A stretch of DNA of 64,000 bases from an uncultured Nitrososphaerota archaeon (GTDB lineage: Archaea; Thermoproteota; Nitrososphaeria; Nitrososphaerales; Nitrosopumilaceae). The notes below the pieces were generated by a model. It saw nothing but the letters and a program-made list of their open reading frames with translations. It made no database searches and had not been told where the DNA came from. The DNA is taken from assembly GCA_963701075.1 (NCBI GenBank), contig OY969559.1, positions 640,001-704,000 of the forward strand. The letters are read 5' to 3'. The number at the start of each line of letters is the position of its first letter. Position 1 is the stretch's first letter. Both the position numbers and the translations under genes were made by a program. Shown here one piece after another: positions 51,457 to 61,015 of the stretch.

Positions 51457-51990
51457 TCATTCATTCTCGGCATGCCCTCTTTTGTCTTGATTGTAATTGC
51501 CTCGATTTTTTATAAAGTACATCATGCCTATGGCAAGGCCGCTTAGGCCCACTATTAAAACTATGATGCTTAATACATCAAACAAGGTTGCACCTTGTGG
51601 ATAATACCCAATAATTCCAAGCACTTGCATATCTGTCTGTGCTGTATTCTGTATTTTCAATTCATAGATGCCTGTAGAAGAGATTGTGAAATTTTCTTGA
51701 AATGGACTTGTTACTATTGATTTTGTAGTTATGGCGTTTCCGTTAGGATCAATAACACTGATACCAAGATTATCACCATCTTTAAAATCTGATATCTGAA
51801 TTGAATAAACTCCGTCCTTACTCTTTATCGGGTCTAAACTCTTACTAACATTCATCGATGAACCTGTTGTTAGACTTTGCTGTACACTGGCCAGACTATC
51901 CGTTTCAGATTCAGATTGGAGAAATGAAATCGCTATACCACTTATTACAAGAATTACACTAATTATCAGGATAGTCTTTGGTTTTGCCAT
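51457..51990 (-). CDS. Hypothetical membrane protein (two TM helices flanking a beta-sandwich)
   Basis: VIDPNGNAI...FTISSTGIYELKIQN; similar to the 7540-8022 protein. Confidence 0.72.
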   Translation of the reverse strand: MAKPKTILIISVILVISGIAISFLQSESETDSLASVQQSLTTGSSMNVSKSLDPIKSKDGVYSIQISDFKDGDNLGISVIDPNGNAITTKSIVTSPFQENFTISSTGIYELKIQNTAQTDMQVLGIIGYYPQGATLFDVLSIIVLIVGLSGLAIGMMYFIKNRGNYNQDKRGHAENE

Positions 51991-52063
51991 GTTTGGGCTC
52001 AGCAGGTCTTAGTTAAAACTTAGCTGTTTCTTGATTTCATGATTTATTTGAGGCTATTAGAAT

Positions 52064-55000
52064 ATGCATGAATTATTCGACAGGGTTAATTCCAAGAATG
52101 ATTTCACTATTATATTGTTGCACAAAACATGGACTATTGTCTTAGTTACACTGCTCGTCTTTCCATCCGTGTTATCATATAATGTAAAGGGATACTCAGA
52201 TCATCCAAATCTATTCGTATCTGCAGAAAATAGCGTTTTTCAAAATCACTTCTCTGGTGCAATGGTAGTTGAGGTAATAATCGAAGGGGATAATACTCAA
52301 CTGAATCAGGCTCAAGGTGAACCTAATGTCAATGTAAATGGAAGACAACTTAGTATGGTTCAAGGATCAGATGGCTATTGGTATGCATTTTTTGCTAATA
52401 CCGCTGCAGCTAAACAGGCAGATCAAATAGCATTGGGTGGTACGCCTGGCCAAAATCTAGACTTTGGAGTTTTCTGCTCAGGATCCACTCCTTCGTCTGT
52501 ACTGGGGGTTGACTTTTCGCAAACTGACGGTGTTGCAATTCCTGACTCTAGTGGTCTTTCAGGCACCACTCAAGGGCTTGCATCATTTAACTCATGTAGT
52601 GGTACTCCACAACCGCCATCTGTTAATCAGAATAATGTAGTTAAAAATCCTCCTTCTTTGAATACAAATCCAAATGTAAGTGCAGGCCAAATTGGAATTA
52701 ATCCAAATATATGGCCAACCATTCAACTTTTCTCACTGAGTAATGATGTTAATGTAGAATACAATGCCGCTACAGGAACACAAAGTGTTGATCTTACGTA
52801 CTCTGAAATTCCAAATATTTCCATAACCCTTGATAGGAATGCATATCCTGCAGGCTCTGACGTTTTTGCAACAATAAATGATATTCAATTAGATGAGGAT
52901 CCAACTGCAATAGATTCGTGGACATTTAATGTCAACAATCCTGAAGCAACTTTCTATCAAGCATTTTCAGAATCTGGCGGAAGTAATATCTCAGGGCTTG
53001 TAAATCTTGCACCCTATCTTAGTAGCTTAGGTTTTCAGGACAATGGAAAGGTGGAAATGAATCTTGGTAGTGTTGTTAATCTGAAGACAAACAACCTTCA
53101 AACAAGTTCATCAATAACAGCAAATGGGATAACTTACAACCAATTAGTAACATTTGTAGAAACTGGCCCAAACACTGGAGTTTTTGAGAGTGATTATGAT
53201 AGCATTTCCACAATTGGCATTTTGCAGAATGCTCCTAGAGGACAATCAGGTAGTATAGAATATGATCAACAATCAACATCCATTGTTGCTGGCACTGCAC
53301 CTACTGCTGGTCTTACTCTTGGTTCTGGTCAAGGTCAGTTTGGGCCAGGACAAAAACAAACCATTACGCTATCTGATAGTAATCAGGTTTTAAACTCGGG
53401 AATTATTGAGAGTCTAAATGACTATAGAAGCTCCGCTGTAGTTCCCACATTAAAGATTGGAAGCCCAATGACACTGACTGGCGCTTCTGATGTGAATTTT
53501 TATCCAAATCCAAACAGTCTTTCAAACCCGATCTCTGTTTCTTCTAGTGTTCCTGACGCAAACTCTGCCAGATTAATAGTAGATACCAGATCTACACCAT
53601 CTACTAATTTTTATGAGATTACATTGAATCTTGGAATCACTACTGCTACTCTAAAAGATCTATTCATAGATGCCAGTCAACCTAATTCTGACGGGACAAA
53701 CTGGGTTAATTATGATTTAAGATCGTTTCAACAACAGCTAGGAATTAATTCCTTCTCAGATACTAGTATGACTCTTCATTTTGGTAGTGCTTCTAGTAGT
53801 TCATCTGTTCAAATCATAGCCCCTGGTACCATTTCTTCTGGAAATGGTCTTGTTCAAATAAGCGATACTGCAGTTGCTTCGATAGAATCTCAATCTTCAT
53901 CATCTCCAGTGTATCTAGAAATTAATTTTGGTAGTCCAGGCGGTAGCATTTCGGATGAAACTGATGTGCAACCAATCGTTTTCGATCTATTTTCTTTTGG
54001 TATGCAAAATGGGCAAACAGTGAATAATGCTGTATATCGTGCTGAACTTCAAGAAACAGCTGCCGGCTCGGGTATTTTTACGGGTACAATTTCATATGTA
54101 GAAGCAAATCAATTAAATCAATTTGATCCAAATCTGATAAAAAGTCTACAGACATTTGGTAACAATATAGTATTTTTTGTAAATGGTCAAATGGTAGGCG
54201 AAAATGGAATCAACTTTTCTATTTCAGGTTTATCGGCTGGCCAACAAACTACTGTTACCTCGAAAAACAGTCTTCCAACAACAACAGCTACAGTAACGCT
54301 CAATTCTGCAAATTATAACATTGGCTCGCCAGTCACAATAACATTATACGATCCAGATCTTGTATCAGATGCTAATACTATCCAATCGTTTACAACTGTA
54401 AGTGATCCAAATTCTCCTGCGGTGGATACGGTAGGAGATGCTAGTGGAAATATACTCCTTGAGGTATGGATAAAGGGATTTAGATTTCATCAATGTACAA
54501 TAAATGGAGTATTTCATGGGGGACTCGCCGCTACAGGTTTCACACTTACTGAAACTGCACCAGGTTCAGGAACATTCCAAGGTATATTCAAGATGCCATC
54601 TTGGATATGTAACGAAGATGGTACTGCCTTGATATCACCTATTGGAGGATCAGTACAAGTTTGGTATCATGACTGGATGGACGCACTGGGAAGATATGTC
54701 ATAATAGGTTCAACAGTTGCTTCGTCTTCACAAACAAATTCATCATCCACTCAGACATCACAACCGTCACCTCAAATATATCCGCCTGGTGTTCCACAAG
54801 GAGCATATCTTTCAAATATTAGCCAAGCTGCACAAATTAGCGACATAAATGGACTTCCTCTGTTACAAAGTCCTAAGGTAGGTCAGACAATAACCTTCAA
54901 GGATGTTATTTCAAATGGCGATTATCAAAACGGTCAGAAAATTTCATACATTGTTCAGGTAAAAGACAGTCAAGGCGAAGTTGTATACTTGAAATGGGTT

Positions 55001-55162
55001 AATGATACAATAAACCCATCAAATGAAGTAAATGAGCAAATTCAATGGACTCCAACTATTCCAGGAAACTATTCTGCTGAAGTATATGTGTGGGATGGAA
55101 TGGATTCTCTAGTTCCCCTAACTGAGAAAGATGGGTACCAATTCCAGGTCTTGCCTCAATAA
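52064..55162 (+). CDS. Large secreted S-layer-related surface protein
   Basis: Signal peptide; S/T/N/G-rich; repeated ETGPNTGVF / ETAAGSGIF / ETAPGSGTF motifs; C-terminal WTPTIPGNYSAEVYVW domain. Confidence 0.75.
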   Translation: MHELFDRVNSKNDFTIILLHKTWTIVLVTLLVFPSVLSYNVKGYSDHPNLFVSAENSVFQNHFSGAMVVEVIIEGDNTQLNQAQGEPNVNVNGRQLSMVQGSDGYWYAFFANTAAAKQADQIALGGTPGQNLDFGVFCSGSTPSSVLGVDFSQTDGVAIPDSSGLSGTTQGLASFNSCSGTPQPPSVNQNNVVKNPPSLNTNPNVSAGQIGINPNIWPTIQLFSLSNDVNVEYNAATGTQSVDLTYSEIPNISITLDRNAYPAGSDVFATINDIQLDEDPTAIDSWTFNVNNPEATFYQAFSESGGSNISGLVNLAPYLSSLGFQDNGKVEMNLGSVVNLKTNNLQTSSSITANGITYNQLVTFVETGPNTGVFESDYDSISTIGILQNAPRGQSGSIEYDQQSTSIVAGTAPTAGLTLGSGQGQFGPGQKQTITLSDSNQVLNSGIIESLNDYRSSAVVPTLKIGSPMTLTGASDVNFYPNPNSLSNPISVSSSVPDANSARLIVDTRSTPSTNFYEITLNLGITTATLKDLFIDASQPNSDGTNWVNYDLRSFQQQLGINSFSDTSMTLHFGSASSSSSVQIIAPGTISSGNGLVQISDTAVASIESQSSSSPVYLEINFGSPGGSISDETDVQPIVFDLFSFGMQNGQTVNNAVYRAELQETAAGSGIFTGTISYVEANQLNQFDPNLIKSLQTFGNNIVFFVNGQMVGENGINFSISGLSAGQQTTVTSKNSLPTTTATVTLNSANYNIGSPVTITLYDPDLVSDANTIQSFTTVSDPNSPAVDTVGDASGNILLEVWIKGFRFHQCTINGVFHGGLAATGFTLTETAPGSGTFQGIFKMPSWICNEDGTALISPIGGSVQVWYHDWMDALGRYVIIGSTVASSSQTNSSSTQTSQPSPQIYPPGVPQGAYLSNISQAAQISDINGLPLLQSPKVGQTITFKDVISNGDYQNGQKISYIVQVKDSQGEVVYLKWVNDTINPSNEVNEQIQWTPTIPGNYSAEVYVWDGMDSLVPLTEKDGYQFQVLPQ

Positions 55163-55164
55163 AT

Positions 55165-56323
55165 CTAGAAATTGTACTTGTTCTTGTAGGGGGAAACAGC
55201 ACGGAGTCTCTTGTACTACTTTCTTTAGTACCCCTACAGTCTCATCTATCTCTTCTTCAGTATTAGTAATTCCCACGGTCAAACGTAGAGAACCGGTTAT
55301 CTGTTCATGTGAAAAGCCCATTGCCCTAAGTACATGTGATGCCTTCTGTACTCGTACAGAGCATGCTGAGCCTGTAGAAGCAGCAATTCTATTTTCATCA
55401 AGTTTAATGATAAGATCCTCACCATTTACGCCAAGAAATGTAAAGTGAGCATTATTAGGAATTCTCTTTTCAATATGTCCATTAAGACTAGTCCCTGGTA
55501 TTTCGGATAGAACCCGTGTGATCAGTTTAGAGGTGAGATTCCTGAAATAAGATGTGTTTTGACTCATGTTATCCTTTGCTAACTTGCAAGCCATGCCAAA
55601 GCCTGCTATGCTTGCAACATTTTCAGTTCCTGACCTTAATCCATTTTCTTGGCCTCCCCCTAGTATGAGAGGAGAAATTGTAATTCCTTTTCTAAGATAT
55701 AGTGCACCTACTCCCTTAGGACCGTTTATTTTATGTGAAGAGATAGAAAGCAAATCAACTCCTAGTTCTTTGACATCAATTGGAACTTTGCCTACTGCTT
55801 GAACAGCATCTGTGTGGAAAATTATGTTGTTGTCATGTGCTACCCCAGCAATTTCTTTTATTGGTTGAATGGTTCCAACTTCATTATTTGCAAACATTAT
55901 CGTAATAAGGCACGTATCTTGTGAGACTTCTTTTCTAACGTCATCCACATTTACAAGACCATATCTGTCAACTGGAAGATATGATACTCTGTATCCTTCT
56001 CTTTCAAGATGTTTACAGGGTTCTAGTATTGCATCATGTTCTATAGAAGATGTTATGATATGTCCGCCTTTGCTCTGGAAAGCTATGCCATAAATTGCGG
56101 TGTTGTTTGATTCAGTACCTCCTGACGTTAAAAGAATTTCTTTACTGTCGGCATTGATCAAATCAGCTATTCTCTTTCTAGCATTTTGGATGGCTGCATT
56201 GGCAGTCCTACCAAACTTATGTATGGAAGATGGATTTCCGTATTGTTCTTTAAAGTAGGGAATCATCTCATCTACTACTTTTTGATCAACAGGCGTAGAT
56301 GCAGCATTATCTAGATAGATCAA
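55165..56323 (-). CDS. iscS: Cysteine desulfurase (IscS/NifS group); apparent frameshift at 55205-55209 near the C-terminus
   Basis: YLDNAAST, TSGGTESNN, HTDAVQ, SSHKINGPKG and STGSACS; restored end QELRAVSPYKNKYNF*. Confidence 0.93.
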
Positions 56324-57120
56324 TCTGCTATCACATTGAGTTTGCCAGGTCTATATCCTTCTCTGTCTATCAATATGGATTCAAATCCTGCCTCTTTGAG
56401 ACATTCATTTAATATTGAAACCTTTTGCAAATCTGAAAGCAGATGAAGCTCATTCTGTCCCACTTCTATTCTTGCTTCTTTACCTAAATCTCGTACTCTT
56501 ACCTGTTTTACTCCAAAAAGTTGTTTGACCACGTTTTCACTTTTTTCAATTCTTGTTAATTTTTCTGCAGTAACTCTATGACCCCAGGGAATGCGAGATG
56601 CAAGACATGAATTTGAAGGCTTGTCATAAACTGAAAGTCCAGCTTCTCTTGAAAAATTTCTTATCTCTGTTTTTGTAAATCCTATTTCAACAAGTGGACT
56701 TTGAACCCCATTTTCTCGCAATGCGGCTATGCCAGGCCGATATTCTACAAGATCATCCAAGTTGGTGCCATCAACTATTACACCAGCTCCCTCATTCTTG
56801 GCTATTTTTGTCAAATATGTTGCTAATTGTGTCCTACAATGAAAACATCTATCCTTATCATTTTTAACAAAATCTGGATTATCAAGCTCATTGTATTCTA
56901 TTACGATGTGTCTTATTCCTATCTCCGAGCAAATCTTCTTTGCTGATTCTAATTCTTCCTGTGAGAGGGTTTTGTAATCTGCAGTAACAGCTACCGAGAG
57001 CTCTCCAAGTGATCTGTATGAAGCATAGGCTACAAGTGCACTGTCAACGCCGCCAGACAATGCTACCAAAATCTTCTCTTTCCCATCAAACCATTTGATT
57101 AACTGTTCTAATTTGTTCAT
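56320..57120 (-). CDS. larE: LarE sulfur insertase (NPN cofactor biosynthesis)
   Basis: ALSGGVDS PP-loop, DRCFHCR, DGTNLDD..YRPG, SCLASRIP and VRVR. Confidence 0.92.
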   Translation of the reverse strand: MNKLEQLIKWFDGKEKILVALSGGVDSALVAYASYRSLGELSVAVTADYKTLSQEELESAKKICSEIGIRHIVIEYNELDNPDFVKNDKDRCFHCRTQLATYLTKIAKNEGAGVIVDGTNLDDLVEYRPGIAALRENGVQSPLVEIGFTKTEIRNFSREAGLSVYDKPSNSCLASRIPWGHRVTAEKLTRIEKSENVVKQLFGVKQVRVRDLGKEARIEVGQNELHLLSDLQKVSILNECLKEAGFESILIDREGYRPGKLNVIAD

Positions 57121-58349
57121 TTTAGATGAAGAGTCTGTCTTACTTCGGTAGTAATCAACGCATTTGCCTCTCTAAAGGTAATGCCTAGAGCTTCAGAAAC
57201 TGACTTTATGTTGTTAGCCTCTACTTTGAAATGTTTTGTTACACCATCATTTTTTATTACCTTGCATTGCACTGTAAAGTTTCTCCCCCAAATTGTAATT
57301 GGAACTGAAACGATAATTCTCGGAATGATGCGACGATTTGAGGTCCTGATTCTAACTCCCAGCGTGCCAGTTTCGGAGGTAATGGTACTAATCACATCGT
57401 TTAGATTTGAGGGATCGCATATGACCGAAACAAGATTGGTTGGCCTGCTTTTTTTTGTAATAGCTGGTGCTACGGTAACATCTTTTGCTCCCATGGCAAT
57501 TAATTTGTCGATCATTTGTCCTATTATCTCTCCTGAAACATCGTCAATATTTGTTTCAATAACTTGAACCATGTCTTGTTCAAATTGGTGTGTTAATTCT
57601 CCTCTGACAATTTTTAAGACATTTGAAAATCCTTCAAAATCCTTGCTACCTGCACCATATCCAATTGATTTAATCTTCATAGATGGATAAAATTCAGCAC
57701 ATTGACTTGCAAGGTTTACTAGTAAACTTGCGCCCGTAGGAGTAGTAAGCTCTTCTCTTGCACCGCCTCCAGTCATTATTATGTCAGAACCGCAAAATAT
57801 CTCTAGAATTGCACTTGCAGGATTTGACGTAATTCCATGTGAGAAGCTCAGGGTTCCACCACCAACAGCAACTGGAGTAGAAATGATCTCGTCAGAAAAA
57901 ATTTTTAAATCATCAAGAGCTATTGCAGAACCAATAATATCAATAACAGTGTCGATACTTGACGCTTCATGAAAATGGACTGATTCTATTGGTTCTCCAT
58001 GGATCTTGGATTCTGCTCTGATTAAAGACTTGATACTCTCCTTTGCAAATACTTTGGCTCTCTCAGATAATTCTATTTTATCAGATGTTTGTAATATACA
58101 GTCTTGAATCTCGATCCCCTTTCTTTCATGAGGTTCTTCCTTTATGTCTAAAGCCAATCTAGTAGCCTCAGTTCCATGTTTTGTTGTCTTTTCGAAATTG
58201 ATATTCTGAATCTTTGAACCCGCAAGATAACTTTCAGATGTGTATATACCTTCAATTATTTTGGATTTATTGGCGCCTATGTTTACAAGAGCAGAAAGTA
58301 ACATGTCACCAGAAATACCTGCCACTTGAGCATCAATTACAAGAACCAT
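57117..58349 (-). CDS. larC: LarC nickel insertase (NPN cofactor biosynthesis)
   Basis: GISGDMLL, AESKIHG...VHFHE, ELTTPTGA, GYGAG, ETNIDD and ETGTLGVR. Confidence 0.9.
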   Translation of the reverse strand: MVLVIDAQVAGISGDMLLSALVNIGANKSKIIEGIYTSESYLAGSKIQNINFEKTTKHGTEATRLALDIKEEPHERKGIEIQDCILQTSDKIELSERAKVFAKESIKSLIRAESKIHGEPIESVHFHEASSIDTVIDIIGSAIALDDLKIFSDEIISTPVAVGGGTLSFSHGITSNPASAILEIFCGSDIIMTGGGAREELTTPTGASLLVNLASQCAEFYPSMKIKSIGYGAGSKDFEGFSNVLKIVRGELTHQFEQDMVQVIETNIDDVSGEIIGQMIDKLIAMGAKDVTVAPAITKKSRPTNLVSVICDPSNLNDVISTITSETGTLGVRIRTSNRRIIPRIIVSVPITIWGRNFTVQCKVIKNDGVTKHFKVEANNIKSVSEALGITFREANALITTEVRQTLHLK

Positions 58350-58476
58350 GATTCTGTAAGCAGATTTGAATGAATATAAATTATAATTCTGTACTAAGGA
58401 CAAGTTCTAATTTCGACACTGATTTTACCGGGAATAATAGTGAAGTTTAATTAGCGAATTAAATTGACGCCTGATT

Positions 58477-59390
58477 ATGATTACAATTATTGGCTCAGGT
58501 AAAGTGGGAGGAGCAGCAGCGCTTTTTACTGCATTAAGAAAAGTAACAGACGAAATTCTTCTACTAGATGTTGTACAGGGACTCCCACAAGGAGAAGCAA
58601 TGGATCTTAATCATATGTTATCTGAAAAGGGAATAGATGTAAACATTCGAGGTTCAAATGATTATTCTGAAATGAAAGGATCCGATATTGTAGTAGTTGT
58701 AGCTGGATCAGGACGAAAACCAGGTATGACACGAATGGATCTATTGAAAATTAACGCATCGATTGTAAAAGGAGTGGTAGAGAACATAAAGAAATTTGCA
58801 AAAGATGCAATGATAATTCCTGTGACTAATCCTCTAGATCCTATGGCATATCTTACCTACAAAGTTTCAGGGTTTCAAAAAAACAGAGTATTTGGTATGG
58901 GTAACATGCTTGATCTATCTAGATTTGTCCAATTTATTCACGAGTCAACAAACTATTCTCGTAATTCAATTCGTGCCTTGGTAATAGGAGAACATGGAGA
59001 AAATATGTTGCCACTTCCAAGATATTCTACAGTATCAGGTATTCCTCTGACTTCTATATTGCCAAAACAAAAAACTGATGAAATTGTGCAAAGTACAAGA
59101 CAAGTTGCAGCCAAAGTGATTGAACTCAAAGGTGCAACAGTTCATGCCCCCGGAAATGCCATCTCTGCCATTATTGAGGCTGTAATGAGAGATACAAGGC
59201 AAGTTATACCAGTAGTACGTATCTTGATGGTGAGTATGGCTATTCCGATGTTTCGATTGGAGTACCAGTAATATTAGGCAAGAATGGAGTGGAAAAAATC
59301 ATAGAATTAGATCTGGATTCAAATGAAAAGGAATGGTTCAAGAAAGGGGTAGAAAGTGTCAAGACTGCAATTTCTGGTCTTGAACTCTGA
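58477..59390 (+). CDS. mdh: Malate dehydrogenase (LDH-like); apparent 1-base deletion at 59214-59216
   Basis: [22 protein letters not shown] and GEHG; restored [24 protein letters not shown] to the stop at 59388-59390. Confidence 0.93.
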
Positions 59391-59424
59391 TTAAATTTTT
59401 TAACTCGTAACAGTTACGGAGATA

Positions 59425-60207
59425 TTGTTGGAGCTCATAGAAATACTGAGATCACTTGAATTGGGAAAGATTAATGCGGTCCAGGCCAAAAAATTGCTTT
59501 CTCTTTATTCTATAGAAAAAATAGAAGATTTTGCTAAACTTGATGTAGGGAGAAAAATCAGAAGAGGAGTTCCAGAGGTAATATTTGCTGAAAAAAAACA
59601 ACTACCAGATTTAAAAAAAATCATTCTGGCTGTAATGTCTAGATCAGACTGTGTCTTGGCCTCAAGGATTAACAAAGTTCACTACAAAACCATTGCTTCT
59701 TTTTCTAGGGCACATAAACTCAAGATCAAAACAGGAAGGCATACCACATCAATTTTGTTCTTTAAAAAATTGTTATCTTCAGGTGGTAAAGTAGGAATAT
59801 TGACTGCTGGCACATCTGATATTGGTGTTGCAGAAGAAGCTAGGTTAATGTGTGAAGCAATGGGTTGTACATGCATTACCAGCTATGATGTTGGTATAGC
59901 AGGATTACACAGGATTTTTCCAATAATTAAGAAAATGATCCATGAAGAAGTAGATGTAATCATTGTAGTGGCAGGAATGGAAGGAGCACTAGCATCTGTT
60001 GTCTCATCTTTAGTGGACATTCCAGTGATTGGTGTTCCTTCATCAGTAGGATATGGATATGGAGAGAAGGGCGTTGCTGCACTTGCTTCTATGTTGCAGA
60101 GTTGTACGCTAGGACTTTCAGTTGTGAATATAGATAATGGAATAGGTGCTGGAGCTTTTGCAGCAAATGTGGCAAACAGAGTTGCTATGAATAGGACTAG
60201 GCCTTGA
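59425..60207 (+). CDS. larB: LarB NaAD carboxylase/hydrolase (NPN cofactor biosynthesis)
   Basis: GVPEVIF, TAGTSD, DVGIAGLHR, AGMEGAL, PSSVGYG and VVNIDNG. Confidence 0.93.
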   Translation: MLELIEILRSLELGKINAVQAKKLLSLYSIEKIEDFAKLDVGRKIRRGVPEVIFAEKKQLPDLKKIILAVMSRSDCVLASRINKVHYKTIASFSRAHKLKIKTGRHTTSILFFKKLLSSGGKVGILTAGTSDIGVAEEARLMCEAMGCTCITSYDVGIAGLHRIFPIIKKMIHEEVDVIIVVAGMEGALASVVSSLVDIPVIGVPSSVGYGYGEKGVAALASMLQSCTLGLSVVNIDNGIGAGAFAANVANRVAMNRTRP

Positions 60208-60916
60208 TTATTCCGATATGACCTAATTCTGAACCAATACCATATCCTATTAACGCGATTCCAGTACCAAGGCCAGCCATTTCTAATCCGCCCCACACTA
60301 TGTTTAGGTCCGCCATCTTGGATTTGATTGCTCCAATGACAAATGATGCAGATAGACTCGTACCTACAGCTATTAACAGTGGTACATACCCACTTGCAAA
60401 GAAATATGGAATAATCGGTAAAATGCCCCCAACTAAAAATGCTCCAAACATACGGAAAGCACTCTTCAATGGACTTCCCACTATTTCTAAATTTAATTTT
60501 AATTCTTCTGTAAGCATTGTATCTAACCACACTTTTTTATCAGAAGTAATTTTGTTGACTATATTTTCAAGTTCGGTACCGGTAAATCCTTTTGCTTTGT
60601 AGATGCCTTCTATCTCACCTCTTTCAGCATCTGGAACATTTTCCATCTCCCATTTTTCTCGTTCAATTTCAGATTGTAAGATCTGTCTTTGTGATCTAAC
60701 TGCAAGATAATTCTGGACTGCCATTGCTTTTGCACCGGTAAACATTGCTACTATTGCAGCTAAGATGATTATGCTTGAGGTTTGATCAGCTCCGCCAACC
60801 CCAGCTACCAATCCCAATGATGTGTTTATTCCATCTCCAAAGCCAAATACGAAATCCCTTATCGAACTAGTCTCTTTTTGATGTCTTTCAATATGTCTTG
60901 GTTCTGATATATCCAC
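60197..60916 (-). CDS. VIT1/CCC1 family iron/manganese transporter
   Basis: RDFVFGFGDG, Glu-rich cytosolic domain and GGILPIIPY. Confidence 0.9.
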   Translation of the reverse strand: MDISEPRHIERHQKETSSIRDFVFGFGDGINTSLGLVAGVGGADQTSSIIILAAIVAMFTGAKAMAVQNYLAVRSQRQILQSEIEREKWEMENVPDAERGEIEGIYKAKGFTGTELENIVNKITSDKKVWLDTMLTEELKLNLEIVGSPLKSAFRMFGAFLVGGILPIIPYFFASGYVPLLIAVGTSLSASFVIGAIKSKMADLNIVWGGLEMAGLGTGIALIGYGIGSELGHIGIIKA

Positions 60917-60980
60917 AGTGTAGATTATACAATACCGGTTTATATGTCAAAAGAGAAATTTTTCATAGGGCAATAAGGTA

Positions 60981-60992
60981 AACGATTTATAT
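60981..60992 (+). promoter_or_regulatory. Putative BRE/TATA box of the radical SAM gene
   Basis: AACGATTTATAT about 25-30 bp upstream of the ATG at 61016. Confidence 0.45.
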
Positions 60993-61015
60993 CGTAGTAA
61001 AAAAGATTAAGGAGA

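Noticed and set aside
1202-59390. Calling the split genes (epimerase, phosphatase, S8, beta-CASP, UPF0147, mvk, eno, MBL, iscS, mdh) pseudogenes or programmed frameshifts
   Set aside because: All breaks are single indels at AGCT, both insertions and deletions, with no slippery sites and no other decay, and several genes are essential. A systematic sequencing error fits better.
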